This document shows, piece after piece, positions 1 to 9,229 of a stretch of 58,132 nt of DNA (its first letter is position 1; each line of letters starts with the position of its first letter). The notes below the pieces were generated by a model that ran no database searches, was not told the origin of the DNA, and saw nothing but the letters and a program-made list of their open reading frames with translations. Source of the DNA: Candidatus Saccharimonadota bacterium. GTDB lineage: Bacteria; Patescibacteriota; Saccharimonadia; Saccharimonadales; OFTM59. The translations under genes were made by a program, and so were the position numbers. Location: NCBI GenBank assembly GCA_029260855.1, contig JAJDCK010000002.1:1-58132 (forward strand), read 5' to 3'.

Positions 1-1175
1 CCGAACTTCGGCCACCAGCCCATATCCCACTCAAAGTTATCAAGCAAACTCCAGTGGAAGTAACCGCGCAGGTCTACCCCTTCACTTACTGCTCTTTCCA
101 TTGCCACGATCGTTTCCTCTATCCACCAGCGCCGATAATTATCCTCGGCATCCGCTAGTCCGTTTTCTGTAATAAAAATTGGCTTTTTAAACCGCGCCCA
201 AACCCGAAGCAATAACGGATAAATACCCTCTGGTTCCATATAAAAACCTATGTCGTTTAATGGTACCTTGGGGTTTTTTCTTTTGCCAAAACCGGTGTAA
301 TAGTCACTAAAATAGTAGTTGACACCTACAAAATCCTGATGTCGTCTAATTCGCTTTAAAAACCACCAGTTCCAAAAATAACGCATCCATTTTGTGGCTA
401 TCCCGTCAATCCCATTGTGCGGCCTTTTCGCCTGAATGTTTGCCAGGTTAGGCGCACAGCCAATCTGCAAGGTTGGTTTTTGCTTTTTTAAAATCTTATA
501 TGCACGCTTGTGTGCCTGCGCAAGGTTCCAGTAGACTTTTATAAATGACAGTGGGCTGATTTTGTTGGGTGGCCAGCGACCTATTAAATAACTGATTGAT
601 GCGTAGTTATTGGGTTCATTAAGCGTTATGACGTACTGGACATCATGCAGAAGCTCCTGCCCCACCTTGGCCACAAAACGATCGAAATATTTAAGATTCT
701 TCTTGTTCTCAAACCCGCCTTTTTCAGCAAACCACACAGGTAACGTCCAGTGCCATATGTTCAAGAATGGTTCAATCTTGCGAGTCCGAAGTTCTTGTAT
801 GTACTCTTTATAATGGGCAATTTCCTTTTCATCCCATTTGCCTTCTTCGGGTTCAATCCGTGACCACTCTAGGCTAAACCTGAACGCATTAAGATTAAGT
901 TGCTCTAGTAATCCAAAATCTTCTTTGTAGCGTCGGTAATGATTTACTCCAGAATCCGAAACATAGTTGCCAGGATCTTCGGCCTGAGTCTTGATCTTTT
1001 CCCAGTTCGGTAACCAGCTCATGCGTTGATGAGCGGTCTGGGCCAACTCTTTTGCGTGAGCCAGCTCCCACACAGTCCACTGGTTATAGTTACCGCCCTC
1101 TACTTGGTGGCTAGCCGTGCTCGCGCCCCAAAAAAAATGCTTAGGAAAAATTTCAGCGTCTTGGTTTTTATTCAT
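1..1175 (-). CDS. Glycoside hydrolase family 1 (beta-glucosidase), 3' end runs off the window
   Basis: Not in the ORF track. Manual translation from ATG 1175 (MNKNQDAEIFPKHFFWGASTASHQVEG...) is open to position 3. GH1 motifs: FWGASTASHQVEG, RFSLEWSRIEP, acid/base TLNEP, nucleophile ITENG, WSLLDNFEW. Confidence 0.95.
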   Translation of the reverse strand, partial: MNKNQDAEIFPKHFFWGASTASHQVEGGNYNQWTVWELAHAKELAQTAHQRMSWLPNWEKIKTQAEDPGNYVSDSGVNHYRRYKEDFGLLEQLNLNAFRFSLEWSRIEPEEGKWDEKEIAHYKEYIQELRTRKIEPFLNIWHWTLPVWFAEKGGFENKKNLKYFDRFVAKVGQELLHDVQYVITLNEPNNYASISYLIGRWPPNKISPLSFIKVYWNLAQAHKRAYKILKKQKPTLQIGCAPNLANIQAKRPHNGIDGIATKWMRYFWNWWFLKRIRRHQDFVGVNYYFSDYYTGFGKRKNPKVPLNDIGFYMEPEGIYPLLLRVWARFKKPIFITENGLADAEDNYRRWWIEETIVAMERAVSEGVDLRGYFHWSLLDNFEWDMGWWPKF

Positions 1176-1207
1176 CTTTAAGTGAATTATAGCAGGCGTT
1201 TATGTAT

Positions 1208-1936
1208 TTATCGGCGGTATTCGGGGTTTTCAAAGTCAAACCTTGCACCAGCGTCCCATTTGCTGCGCTGATTTCCATAAGCCGGGATACCGCCGTTGTC
1301 ATTCAGCAACTTGGCCATATGCATAAGGTTCCAGGCCATGAATGTTGTGTTGCGGTTAGTGAAGTCGTTATCCAAACCAACCCGTTTACCGTCTACTTCA
1401 TCACCATAGCTAGCACCTGGCCCGGCTTCGCCAATCCAGCCGGCATCCGCTTGCGGCGGGATCGTGTAGCCAAGATGCTGCAAGCTATAGAGTATGTTCA
1501 TCGCGCAGTGCTTAACTCCGTCTTCGTTACCAGTAATCAGACAGCCCCCAACCTTTCCATAAAACGCGTATTGGCCGCTTTTGTTCAGGTCGCCCGAGCT
1601 TGCATAAAGCCGCTCAATTACCTGTTTAGTGATTGAGCTATTATCGCCCAGCCAGATTGGACCTGCGATCACTAAAATATCTGCCTCCTGGACCTTCTTA
1701 TATATCTCCGGCCATTCGTCTACTTGCCAGCCCTGCTTGGTCATATCCGGATAAACGCCGGTAGCTATTTCATGATCGATCGGACGGATTAGTTCAGTTG
1801 AGACGCCCTGTTTTTTCATAATGTCACGACTGACATTAACCAGTAGCTCGGTATGACTTTTTTCGGGCGATTTTTTAAGTGTGCAATTAAAGAAAAGTGC
1901 CTTAAGCCCTGTAAAATCATATTTAATGTTCGTCAT
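1208..1936 (-). CDS. Flavodoxin-like / NAD(P)H-dependent FMN reductase family protein
   Basis: Flavodoxin-fold pattern NCTLKKSP...SHTE, ADILVIAGPIWLG, GKVGGCLITGNEDG. Confidence 0.85.
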   Translation of the reverse strand: MTNIKYDFTGLKALFFNCTLKKSPEKSHTELLVNVSRDIMKKQGVSTELIRPIDHEIATGVYPDMTKQGWQVDEWPEIYKKVQEADILVIAGPIWLGDNSSITKQVIERLYASSGDLNKSGQYAFYGKVGGCLITGNEDGVKHCAMNILYSLQHLGYTIPPQADAGWIGEAGPGASYGDEVDGKRVGLDNDFTNRNTTFMAWNLMHMAKLLNDNGGIPAYGNQRSKWDAGARFDFENPEYRR

Positions 1937-1965
1937 AAATTCCTCCCCTTATTAAGTCTTACTAA

Positions 1966-2559
1966 TTACATTTTACTCTTTTTGGGTGGCATGTATGTGT
2001 CCTCTTGTAGCTCTTCGATCATTCTTGTGATCCTGCGTATTCGCGTATCCTTTTGCTTGGCTTGATCTATCCACTTTATATAGCCTTTCTGCTGATAATA
2101 CGGCCTCGAGAAATAGTCATCCTTTACGCCGTGGGCACGCAATTCTGCGTCCATGTCATCGGGTAGAACAATGGGCCTATGGGGCTCGGGCGTAAAGCTA
2201 ATTTGCTGCCCTAAACTGTTAATTCTGACCGCCTCTTTCAATAACTGAACAATTATTTTACCCGGAATTTTAATATTTTTATAAAGCTTCACTGTCCGTT
2301 GCGCCTTGTTCTGGGTGGGCTCGAACAAATTATGACCATTATCCAAAAGTGCTCCTTGCGGAAAGCTTAGGTGCACCCAGTCTTTCGCACAAAAAACCCA
2401 GACAACAATACCGTTATGCTCAAAAGCTGGCGCCCCCCACTTCAGGGTTTCTTGTATAGCGTTATCCGATTGGTGAATAAGTCTTCTGAGCTCAATCACG
2501 GCTTTGCGCTGCCATTCTTGACTTAACTTTGCTACGTACGCATTAACTCCGGGATTCAT
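1966..2559 (-). CDS. DUF1801 + YdeI/OmpD-associated (bacteriocin-protection) family protein
   Basis: N-terminal ETLKWGAPAF (DUF1801-like). C-terminal LPDD...YIKWIDQAKQKDTRIRRI (YdeI/OmdA-like). Confidence 0.8.
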   Translation of the reverse strand: MNPGVNAYVAKLSQEWQRKAVIELRRLIHQSDNAIQETLKWGAPAFEHNGIVVWVFCAKDWVHLSFPQGALLDNGHNLFEPTQNKAQRTVKLYKNIKIPGKIIVQLLKEAVRINSLGQQISFTPEPHRPIVLPDDMDAELRAHGVKDDYFSRPYYQQKGYIKWIDQAKQKDTRIRRITRMIEELQEDTYMPPKKSKM

Positions 2560-2563
2560 ATGC

Positions 2564-3277
2564 CTATGATAACGTAATTTTCATATACTGTGACCTTGTT
2601 TCTAGCGGCAACTTTTCAATAGAATAGCGCAGCATTGTTCTTGGCATTACAGTTGCATGCAAGTCCAAAAATGCTTTTAGCGCTTGGTCGTCTTTCTTGC
2701 CTGCTTCGCGGAGCATCCAGCCGACGGCTTTGTGTATCAAATCTTGTTCGTCTTTCATTAAGAGCTCCGCTAGCTTAAGTGTATCGGCCAGTTGATACTC
2801 GCGGATGAATTGCCAGGTGCTAACAATAGCTATTCGGCGTTCCCACATATTTTTTGATCTGGCAAGCTTATACAAAATATCTCTTGGCTCGTCACTGAGA
2901 TAGCCACCGACTATATCGCGACAACTGACATCAATAATATCCCAATTATTCAACCTGTCGGTACGTCTGAGATATAAATCAAAAAGCGCTTTCTTTTCAA
3001 GCTTAGTTGTCCGGCGTGATTTTGCTTGTTCGGTCATGATAATAGCTGCGGCTAAACGATGTTCGTGAATCGGGCTGTCCATTAGTTTCTCAATTTCGGA
3101 TAGCGCTAAATCCTTGAAGTCTCGGCAGACCAAACGAGTCATCGGAGTGCGAACACCAATGAACTGATCGCCTTCACCATATTGCCCGGGACCAGTTTTG
3201 AAAAAACGCTGCAAAAAAACCGCATCCGTGTCGCTCGCATATTTAGCAAGCGCCTCTTGGACTCCACGCGCCTTCAT
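2564..3277 (-). CDS. DNA alkylation repair protein (AlkD-like HEAT-repeat glycosylase)
   Basis: FFKTGPGQYGEGDQFIGVR, NNWDIID, WERRIAIVST, IHKAVGWMLREAGK, PRTMLRYSIEK. Confidence 0.9.
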   Translation of the reverse strand: MKARGVQEALAKYASDTDAVFLQRFFKTGPGQYGEGDQFIGVRTPMTRLVCRDFKDLALSEIEKLMDSPIHEHRLAAAIIMTEQAKSRRTTKLEKKALFDLYLRRTDRLNNWDIIDVSCRDIVGGYLSDEPRDILYKLARSKNMWERRIAIVSTWQFIREYQLADTLKLAELLMKDEQDLIHKAVGWMLREAGKKDDQALKAFLDLHATVMPRTMLRYSIEKLPLETRSQYMKITLS

Positions 3278-3279
3278 AG

Positions 3280-3885
3280 CTATGACCTGGCAGGTGCTTG
3301 AGGTTTGCCGGTCGGCCGTCTACCGCGATGTTTATGGTCATAGTACGACAGCGTGTTCTTGTGATGGTCAAGTCTGACTATGTAATCATCAAAACGGTTA
3401 TATAAGCCCGAGTAGTGGCTGCCCGGGGTTAGAATCTTTAACAGCTTCTTTTCCTCATGAAGGTACTCAACTAAGCTATAAAAGTCTCCGTCCCCAGACA
3501 CCAGGATTGCCTGGTCATAATTCTTAAGTTCTTTCATTGCCCAGAGCACTAAGTCTGCATCAATATTGCCTTTGACCGGTTTCTTTTCTTCGTCATGCCC
3601 CTTGCCTATTTTTTCTTCCGTATGTTCTTGACGTGGACGCGTCATATCATATGTCGGTTTTAGCACTATCATGTATCCCGCGTTATGCATTTGCTCATAT
3701 AGGTTTTCATACTCAGGCACGTAGCCAATAAACATGAACGCCTCTGTTACACCGAACTCGTCAGCTAAGAATTGACGGAATTTTTTCCAATCCATTTTCC
3801 AGCCATTGCGCTGGACACTTACATTCAAATTTTGACTATCAATAAAGGCGTAGACCCGGGTTGGTTTTTTGGACCTTCTTCTCAT
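3280..3885 (-). CDS. NYN domain (LabA/DUF88, PIN-like) putative RNase
   Basis: AFIDSQNL, KGNIDADL and LVSGDGDFYSLV acidic motifs. Confidence 0.88.
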   Translation of the reverse strand: MRRRSKKPTRVYAFIDSQNLNVSVQRNGWKMDWKKFRQFLADEFGVTEAFMFIGYVPEYENLYEQMHNAGYMIVLKPTYDMTRPRQEHTEEKIGKGHDEEKKPVKGNIDADLVLWAMKELKNYDQAILVSGDGDFYSLVEYLHEEKKLLKILTPGSHYSGLYNRFDDYIVRLDHHKNTLSYYDHKHRGRRPTGKPQAPARS

Positions 3886-3972
3886 GCCCCAATTGTACTA
3901 CCAAATGAACAATATCGCCCCAAGCTCACATAATTAGTTTTTCGTGTTTTATATTTTATGATTGCGTAATAG

Positions 3973-4578
3973 CTAACCTGCGGCTTCCTTCGACTGCTTA
4001 ACGGGTTGGTTCGGCATAATCCTAGTAAGCGTCGGCTTGCCGTAATTCAGCGGCACGTATGCGCGTGACCCAACTTCATAAATACCGCCATCGGCGTGCA
4101 AATGACCATTATCTATGGCGAGTAATACGCCGTTTTCTCTATAATACTCGTCCGAGCTCTCCCCTAGTTCTTCCCTAGACGGCGCATCATACCAGCCGCC
4201 CGCCCACAAACCTGCAAAATGACCAGCTACTGCAGCATCCGGGTTTGTGATATCCCATGCAAGCTCCACGTCGGACTCAACTTTTACAGCTAATGAGCCT
4301 ACATTGCTAACCAAAACATCCGTACCGTGTTCAATCATTAATTTGGCCTCAAGCGCCGTAATAAAGTGGTCTTCTTTTTCATCATATACATCAGGGTCTA
4401 ACCCTATGGCCCCGAGCAGAAACAAATCATGGCTTTTAAGCAGCATCTCAATAGTTGGCTGCACCAAAACTGTCTCGTATGCCTCAGCAATCGGTCCATC
4501 ATGTAGACTAACCAACTTGAGTTCAAGTGGATAAGCATTTGCAATTATTCGTTCAAAATCACTCTCGTCACGCGCCAT
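3973..4578 (-). CDS. Hypothetical acidic protein
   Basis: 201-aa ORF co-directional with neighbours, with a -10-like box just upstream of ATG. No family recognised. Confidence 0.65.
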   Translation of the reverse strand: MARDESDFERIIANAYPLELKLVSLHDGPIAEAYETVLVQPTIEMLLKSHDLFLLGAIGLDPDVYDEKEDHFITALEAKLMIEHGTDVLVSNVGSLAVKVESDVELAWDITNPDAAVAGHFAGLWAGGWYDAPSREELGESSDEYYRENGVLLAIDNGHLHADGGIYEVGSRAYVPLNYGKPTLTRIMPNQPVKQSKEAAG

Positions 4579-4640
4579 TAGCGAATAATATATTACGAAG
4601 TATGTTTTAAAAATTGCTAATGGTTATATTGTTCTAATTA

Positions 4641-5348
4641 TTAATTAGGGCTTTCGTCACACACCCTAAACACTGCATTAAGATTCCGGACTTGATATCT
4701 TTTGACTATACTCAATCCAGGTGATAGGCCTAGATTACGCAGTGCTGATTCAATTTCTATGCGGTCTGATAATCTAAGCTCGTCACTAATGTGGCCATAC
4801 ACCACACCAGCTGCATGGTTATGATTTGTGAACACGGGCGGCTCCCAATAGATTTCATCTTCATCATCGGTTTCTCTAATTTGATATGTTTCTTCTACAT
4901 ACACATAAACGTCTTCATCAGTAAAATTATATCTTTGTGTCATCCACGGTTTATAAGCGCTCGGATCATCAAGTATAGCTTCAACCTTTTCTGGTGTTTC
5001 GCTATCTTGTAAAGCATCTATTAAATCCACCATTTTATCTGGGCACATGGTTTCAACTTTGAGCAATACCCCACAAACTGTTGGCGGCTCTTCACCTTCA
5101 ACTGTATTGTCGTGATCCAGATAACACATACCATGAAAACTTAAGAGTGCGAGCCCTTTAGCTCCTGGAATTCTGCGATGTATTTCTACTTCTTCGCCCG
5201 GCATGGCGTTATCCATAAAGTTTCTGTCTGGGTAAAGATTTTCAAGCGCTGGCCAGATTACATCTTCTAAGAATTTCCATACTTCATCCTCATCCAAAAG
5301 CCTGTCGCTTGCACCGTCGTATTCTAAAGACTCCGGAGTATTTGCCAT
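4641..5348 (-). CDS. Hypothetical acidic protein
   Basis: 235-aa D/E-rich ORF filling the gap between genes. No family recognised. Confidence 0.7.
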   Translation of the reverse strand: MANTPESLEYDGASDRLLDEDEVWKFLEDVIWPALENLYPDRNFMDNAMPGEEVEIHRRIPGAKGLALLSFHGMCYLDHDNTVEGEEPPTVCGVLLKVETMCPDKMVDLIDALQDSETPEKVEAILDDPSAYKPWMTQRYNFTDEDVYVYVEETYQIRETDDEDEIYWEPPVFTNHNHAAGVVYGHISDELRLSDRIEIESALRNLGLSPGLSIVKRYQVRNLNAVFRVCDESPN

Positions 5349-5404
5349 ATTTATAGCATCTATTGACTAAGACTAAATTGCAAGATCTTATATGTAAAGC
5401 TGTA

Positions 5405-5614
5405 TTATTCTTTGTCTGGCGCAGTTGTTGGCTCTTCTGGAACCACAATCCACATGATCACATAAGGCAATATGCCGGGTAACCCACCTGGTAGAAGCAA
5501 TATAAAGAATATTACTCTGATAATTATTGGGTCTACCTCAAAATATTTGGCCAGACCGCCACATACGCCGGCTATCATCCTGTCTGTTTTGGAACGATAA
5601 AGCTTCTTCGCCAT
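5405..5614 (-). CDS. PspC domain membrane protein
   Basis: KKLYRSKTDRMIAGVCGGLAKYFEVDPIIIRV...YVIMWIVVPEEP is the PspC signature. Confidence 0.92.
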   Translation of the reverse strand: MAKKLYRSKTDRMIAGVCGGLAKYFEVDPIIIRVIFFILLLPGGLPGILPYVIMWIVVPEEPTTAPDKE

Positions 5615-5655
5615 GAGTCTATTTTAACAGAGTTGTTGTTTATTAATTGACCAGT

Positions 5656-6225
5656 TTATAGCAGTTCGCTTATGATTTTATAAAACTTGTTGGTGCGCAT
5701 AGTGTTTCCTGGCATAAAATGTCCGTCTTCCGGTATGTTTTTGCGCGTAGCTCCAGGGAATGTAGACATTAGCATCCCCGCACTTTGCTTTGCTTCTTTT
5801 CCGTCATGGGAGCTATAAAATATTGCCATGCCACCTGCGCATCGTTCGATAAGGCTTGGGTCTAATACAAAATCAAACAGGCTTCCGTATCTACGGTTCG
5901 GGTCAAGCCATGGCGCTACGAGCACAAGTTTTTTAACAGCTACATCTGGGTTTTCGCTCATCCACCTGATTGATAGGCCTGCCCCCATGCTGTGGCCGAT
6001 AACCAAAGTATCTTCAGTGATGGGAGTTTTTAAAGCTTCGTTAATACAGTTTTCATATACAGGCGCATATGGTTTAGGTAGCTCTGGAATAGTTGTGGGG
6101 ATTCCCATATGCCCCAATGTTTGAGCCAGCCATGGCAGCCAGTTTGCTTCATGCGGCTTCGGCTGACTTGGGTCCATATACCTCTCTATTGAAGGTTTAC
6201 CGTGCAATATTATCGCGTTAGTCAT
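5656..6225 (-). CDS. RBBP9/YdeN-family alpha/beta hydrolase
   Basis: IILHG, NWLPWL, nucleophile elbow GHSMG, LVLVAP, SHD, GHF. Confidence 0.85.
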   Translation of the reverse strand: MTNAIILHGKPSIERYMDPSQPKPHEANWLPWLAQTLGHMGIPTTIPELPKPYAPVYENCINEALKTPITEDTLVIGHSMGAGLSIRWMSENPDVAVKKLVLVAPWLDPNRRYGSLFDFVLDPSLIERCAGGMAIFYSSHDGKEAKQSAGMLMSTFPGATRKNIPEDGHFMPGNTMRTNKFYKIISELL

Positions 6226-6258
6226 TTCGTCTCAATATTTTTCTGTCAATATAAAAAA

Positions 6259-6909
6259 CTACGATTCCCTGAACAGGATTTCGGTAACTACAGGATCCCC
6301 TTGGCTATCTACCATATACTTGGCCACAACGGGTTGGCGCATAGGTCCCAAATGATCACCTTGATACATATCTAGCTGGTATTCAGCAAATTGAGTTAGG
6401 GGTATATCCAAACCACGTCCATCAGTTAAAACTGCCTGGAACTTATGTACGTCTCCTGACAAACGAACGTTTTTTATCATGCCGCTGATTGTACTAGCAT
6501 CAATTTTTGATACTTCGTTGGGAGCAAGTAATTGTTCACCCATATTTCTTGGGCCATTATATAGAGGCGGATCTTTTACCTTGTTGCGCGCATTAGTATT
6601 AGTCAGGGCTGTAATGTCCAGCTCTTCTGCAGCCTCCACTATGTATTGTCCCGCATTAGACAGACGGCATACATCCCTTTTTACGTCTACAAGGTCAAAA
6701 AAGGTCATACCATCCTTTTTCAAGGCAACGTTAAATTCCGACGCTGTAGATTCCATCGTCTTAACTTCAAAGCATTCAAGCGACAATCCAAGTCTGGTGG
6801 CAATAAAAACCGCAGCAGCATAAGGAGAGTCAAACTCCATTAATACTTGTTCTTGGCTCTTAACAGCCTGTGGCTCAGCTATCCTAAGATCTATCTCATC
6901 AACTGCCAT
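6259..6909 (-). CDS. Hypothetical protein
   Basis: 216-aa ORF with TAGAAT 8 nt upstream of ATG. No family recognised. Confidence 0.65.
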   Translation of the reverse strand: MAVDEIDLRIAEPQAVKSQEQVLMEFDSPYAAAVFIATRLGLSLECFEVKTMESTASEFNVALKKDGMTFFDLVDVKRDVCRLSNAGQYIVEAAEELDITALTNTNARNKVKDPPLYNGPRNMGEQLLAPNEVSKIDASTISGMIKNVRLSGDVHKFQAVLTDGRGLDIPLTQFAEYQLDMYQGDHLGPMRQPVVAKYMVDSQGDPVVTEILFRES

Positions 6910-7006
6910 TTAAGTTTATTCTAATATATTATGGCTGTTTTTACAATAATCCTTGGTCTGCGTATTGTTACATTTCCATCAATCTTTTTGCTTCAGTCGC
7001 TTTTTG

Positions 7007-7330
7007 TTATATCCATCTACGTTGTTTGTTTTTGTCTTCTTTCTGACGAAAGGCCTCCTCCAGGTCCACTTCCAAAATATTTGCCATATGCAGTATGTAT
7101 ATAAGTAGGTCTGCCAGTTCGTCCGCAGCGTTAAGCCCTTTAGCGGTAGCGTCGGTCTTCACACCGCTGGTCTTTCTAACAATTCGAGCCATTTCTCCAA
7201 CTTCTTCAGTAAAAAGCACAAAAGCCTCGGTTAATGTTTCTTTGTCAAAGCCTCTTTCCTTGCATAATTCATCTACGTATTGTTGAGAATCTTTGAGCGT
7301 AGGGTTGTAGGGAAGATTTAAATTGGACAT
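7007..7330 (-). CDS. MazG-like nucleotide pyrophosphohydrolase
   Basis: All-alpha NTPase motifs TEEVGEMA and DELADLL. Confidence 0.9.
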   Translation of the reverse strand: MSNLNLPYNPTLKDSQQYVDELCKERGFDKETLTEAFVLFTEEVGEMARIVRKTSGVKTDATAKGLNAADELADLLIYILHMANILEVDLEEAFRQKEDKNKQRRWI

Positions 7331-7396
7331 AGGTCAATCTTAGCACCATAGAGTCCATGTCGTTAAGTTTATACAGTGCACTATTAGGCTGGCTAT

Positions 7397-7456
7397 GTCC
7401 AGTATTCTGCAATAATGTTGCATAATACTGGACAAGCTTACGTAAGTTGCTACACT
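7397..7456 (+). promoter_or_regulatory. 37-bp inverted repeat overlapping a sigma70-like promoter of the 7497 gene
   Basis: GTCCAGTATTCTGCAA (7397-7412) / TTGCATAATACTGGAC (7418-7433), 1 mismatch. TGGACA 7429-7434, 16 nt, TGc-TACACT 7451-7456. Confidence 0.6.
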
Positions 7457-7496
7457 TAATACCATAAATTAACTGTTTTTATAACAGGAGGGTAGT

Positions 7497-8189
7497 ATGA
7501 ACGACGAGTCAGGTATCGTAAACCAATTTAGGGATTCTGCAAATGAATTCTGGACATCGGTAGGTGGCTACTTACCGAAGGTCTTTGGTGCGCTTTTGCT
7601 ATTAGTTTTGGCGGTTATTGTCGCTAAATTAGCACAAGCTGGTGTTACAAAAGTCCTTAATCTAATAGGTGTAAACAAGATTGCAAAAAACAAAACAGTA
7701 TCTAGAAGTCTAAAAACGGCGGAAATCAATGTAGATTTTGTCGAGATTAGCAGCCGGATCGTGTTCTGGGTGATTATCATCATCTTCGCGCTTACTATTT
7801 CAGACGTGCTCGGCTTAACAGCAATGGGCGATGTAATCAATAGCTTGCTTGGCTACCTGCCTAGTGTATTAGCTGCAGCTATCGTGCTTACAGTCACAAT
7901 TGCCGGTGCCCGCCTAGTACGAGACGTTGTTACGGCTTCTCTGCACCGCATGCGTGTAGACTTTGGTCACGGCATTGGTAACCTGACGTTTTACTTGATC
8001 ATGCTGTTTGGCACGTTAATGGCAATTGATCAGCTCGGGTTTGACACTACGGTCCTTGCCACAAACATCAATATTATTGTTTCTGGCTTTGTGCTCGCGT
8101 TTGCACTAGCCTTTGGGCTTGGCGGCCGAGACGTTGCCAGTCGTGTTCTGGAAGATGCCTACGCAAACTTGCGCAAATCTAAAAAATAA
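7497..8189 (+). CDS. Small-conductance mechanosensitive channel TM-helix protein (CmpX-like)
   Basis: Five hydrophobic segments with repeated YLPKVFGALLLL / YLPSVLAAAIVL and a C-terminal ALAFGLGGRDVA. SD AGGAGGG upstream. Confidence 0.85.
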   Translation: MNDESGIVNQFRDSANEFWTSVGGYLPKVFGALLLLVLAVIVAKLAQAGVTKVLNLIGVNKIAKNKTVSRSLKTAEINVDFVEISSRIVFWVIIIIFALTISDVLGLTAMGDVINSLLGYLPSVLAAAIVLTVTIAGARLVRDVVTASLHRMRVDFGHGIGNLTFYLIMLFGTLMAIDQLGFDTTVLATNINIIVSGFVLAFALAFGLGGRDVASRVLEDAYANLRKSKK

Positions 8190-8202
8190 AACTTCAGTTA
8201 TC

Positions 8203-8242
8203 AAAACCGGCTCCTTACTATTAAGCGAGGAGCCGGTTTTTT
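8203..8242. terminator. Bidirectional intrinsic terminator
   Basis: Stem AAAACCGGCTCCT (8203-8215) / AGGAGCCGGTTTT (8228-8240), 12-nt loop, T/A tracts, between convergent genes. Confidence 0.85.
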
Positions 8243-8275
8243 ATGGGCGGCGAGCAGTATTGACGACAGTTAACC

Positions 8276-9229
8276 CTACTGGTATATGTCGGTAGCGTTT
8301 CTGGATTTTTCTTTGCTAAAACCTAGTTCTGCCATCATTTTTAGTGCTGCTTCCTCTCCGGGGCTACTGTACGTTACCTCTTCTGTGTTGCTAACTATTA
8401 AGTTTTCTGGGCTAGTGTTTGTGGCGTATAGATTGAACTCGATGATAGCGTATGTTTGAGCATCTAATACAACTTGCGTAATTTCATGCTGGCATTCAGT
8501 AAAGTTACTGGTCAATTGTGGGTCCGGCAGCAGATAAAACTGGTACACGCGTCGCCCCTTTGCTTCGGTTTCTTTGATGCCATCAACAGCAATATCTTGT
8601 CCGTCTCCATCAAGAACCTTGTATGCAAGCTTGTCGTTATTTTTGTAGTTTTCAAAAAAACTTGGGATCGATACATCCTGCGGAATATCAACATACATCT
8701 CGATTGGCGTATCATCGTACCGAGAAATTTCTGTCAATAAAGCACCGGTTTCATCTTCAATTCGGCTATAAGAAGCCTCAACGTTTGTAGAGCTAGAATT
8801 AAACGCCATGCTTATAGTTCTTTCTCTCGGCGCCCCGCTCCCCATGCCCACAACCCGACATTCCTCAAACATGGGCCCTTGCTTAAACATCCTTATTGAC
8901 TTATAAAACTCAGCCTTACTGGGATCAACCAATTTATAGTAGTTTTCCGATCTTTCTAGTAGCTCCTCTGCGCTAACTTTTTGTGAGATCAGTGGGCTGG
9001 TGTAGTTGTTGTTTGGAGCTCCGGTTGTAATCACTAGTACAGCGATCAGAACACCAGCTACAGCCATTAGCGCTGGCGCTAGTTTAAGCCACCGCTTAGT
9101 TTTGGGTTGTTCGTGACTTTGCTGAGATCGTCTCAATATTCGACTTCTTAGCTCCATTTTAAAATCTTTATCAAGGATTAATTTATCACTCGCAAATTTG
9201 CTAATTAGTTTGCGTTCGTTGCGCTTCAT
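8276..9229 (-). CDS. Putative single-pass anti-sigma factor
   Basis: Basic ~50-aa N-terminus, one TM helix (ALMAVAGVLIAVLVITTGA), large extracytoplasmic domain. ATGA overlap with the ECF sigma stop. Confidence 0.6.
   Translation of the reverse strand: MKRNERKLISKFASDKLILDKDFKMELRSRILRRSQQSHEQPKTKRWLKLAPALMAVAGVLIAVLVITTGAPNNNYTSPLISQKVSAEELLERSENYYKLVDPSKAEFYKSIRMFKQGPMFEECRVVGMGSGAPRERTISMAFNSSSTNVEASYSRIEDETGALLTEISRYDDTPIEMYVDIPQDVSIPSFFENYKNNDKLAYKVLDGDGQDIAVDGIKETEAKGRRVYQFYLLPDPQLTSNFTECQHEITQVVLDAQTYAIIEFNLYATNTSPENLIVSNTEEVTYSSPGEEAALKMMAELGFSKEKSRNATDIYQ

Noticed and set aside
1202-1636. 144-aa + strand ORF, and similar antisense ORFs (e.g. 11537-11923, 20142-20540, 22158-22568, 34909-35334, 54223-54642, 56655-57032)
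   Set aside because: They lie antisense to or overlap well-supported genes and have no recognisable motifs. Treated as shadow ORFs.
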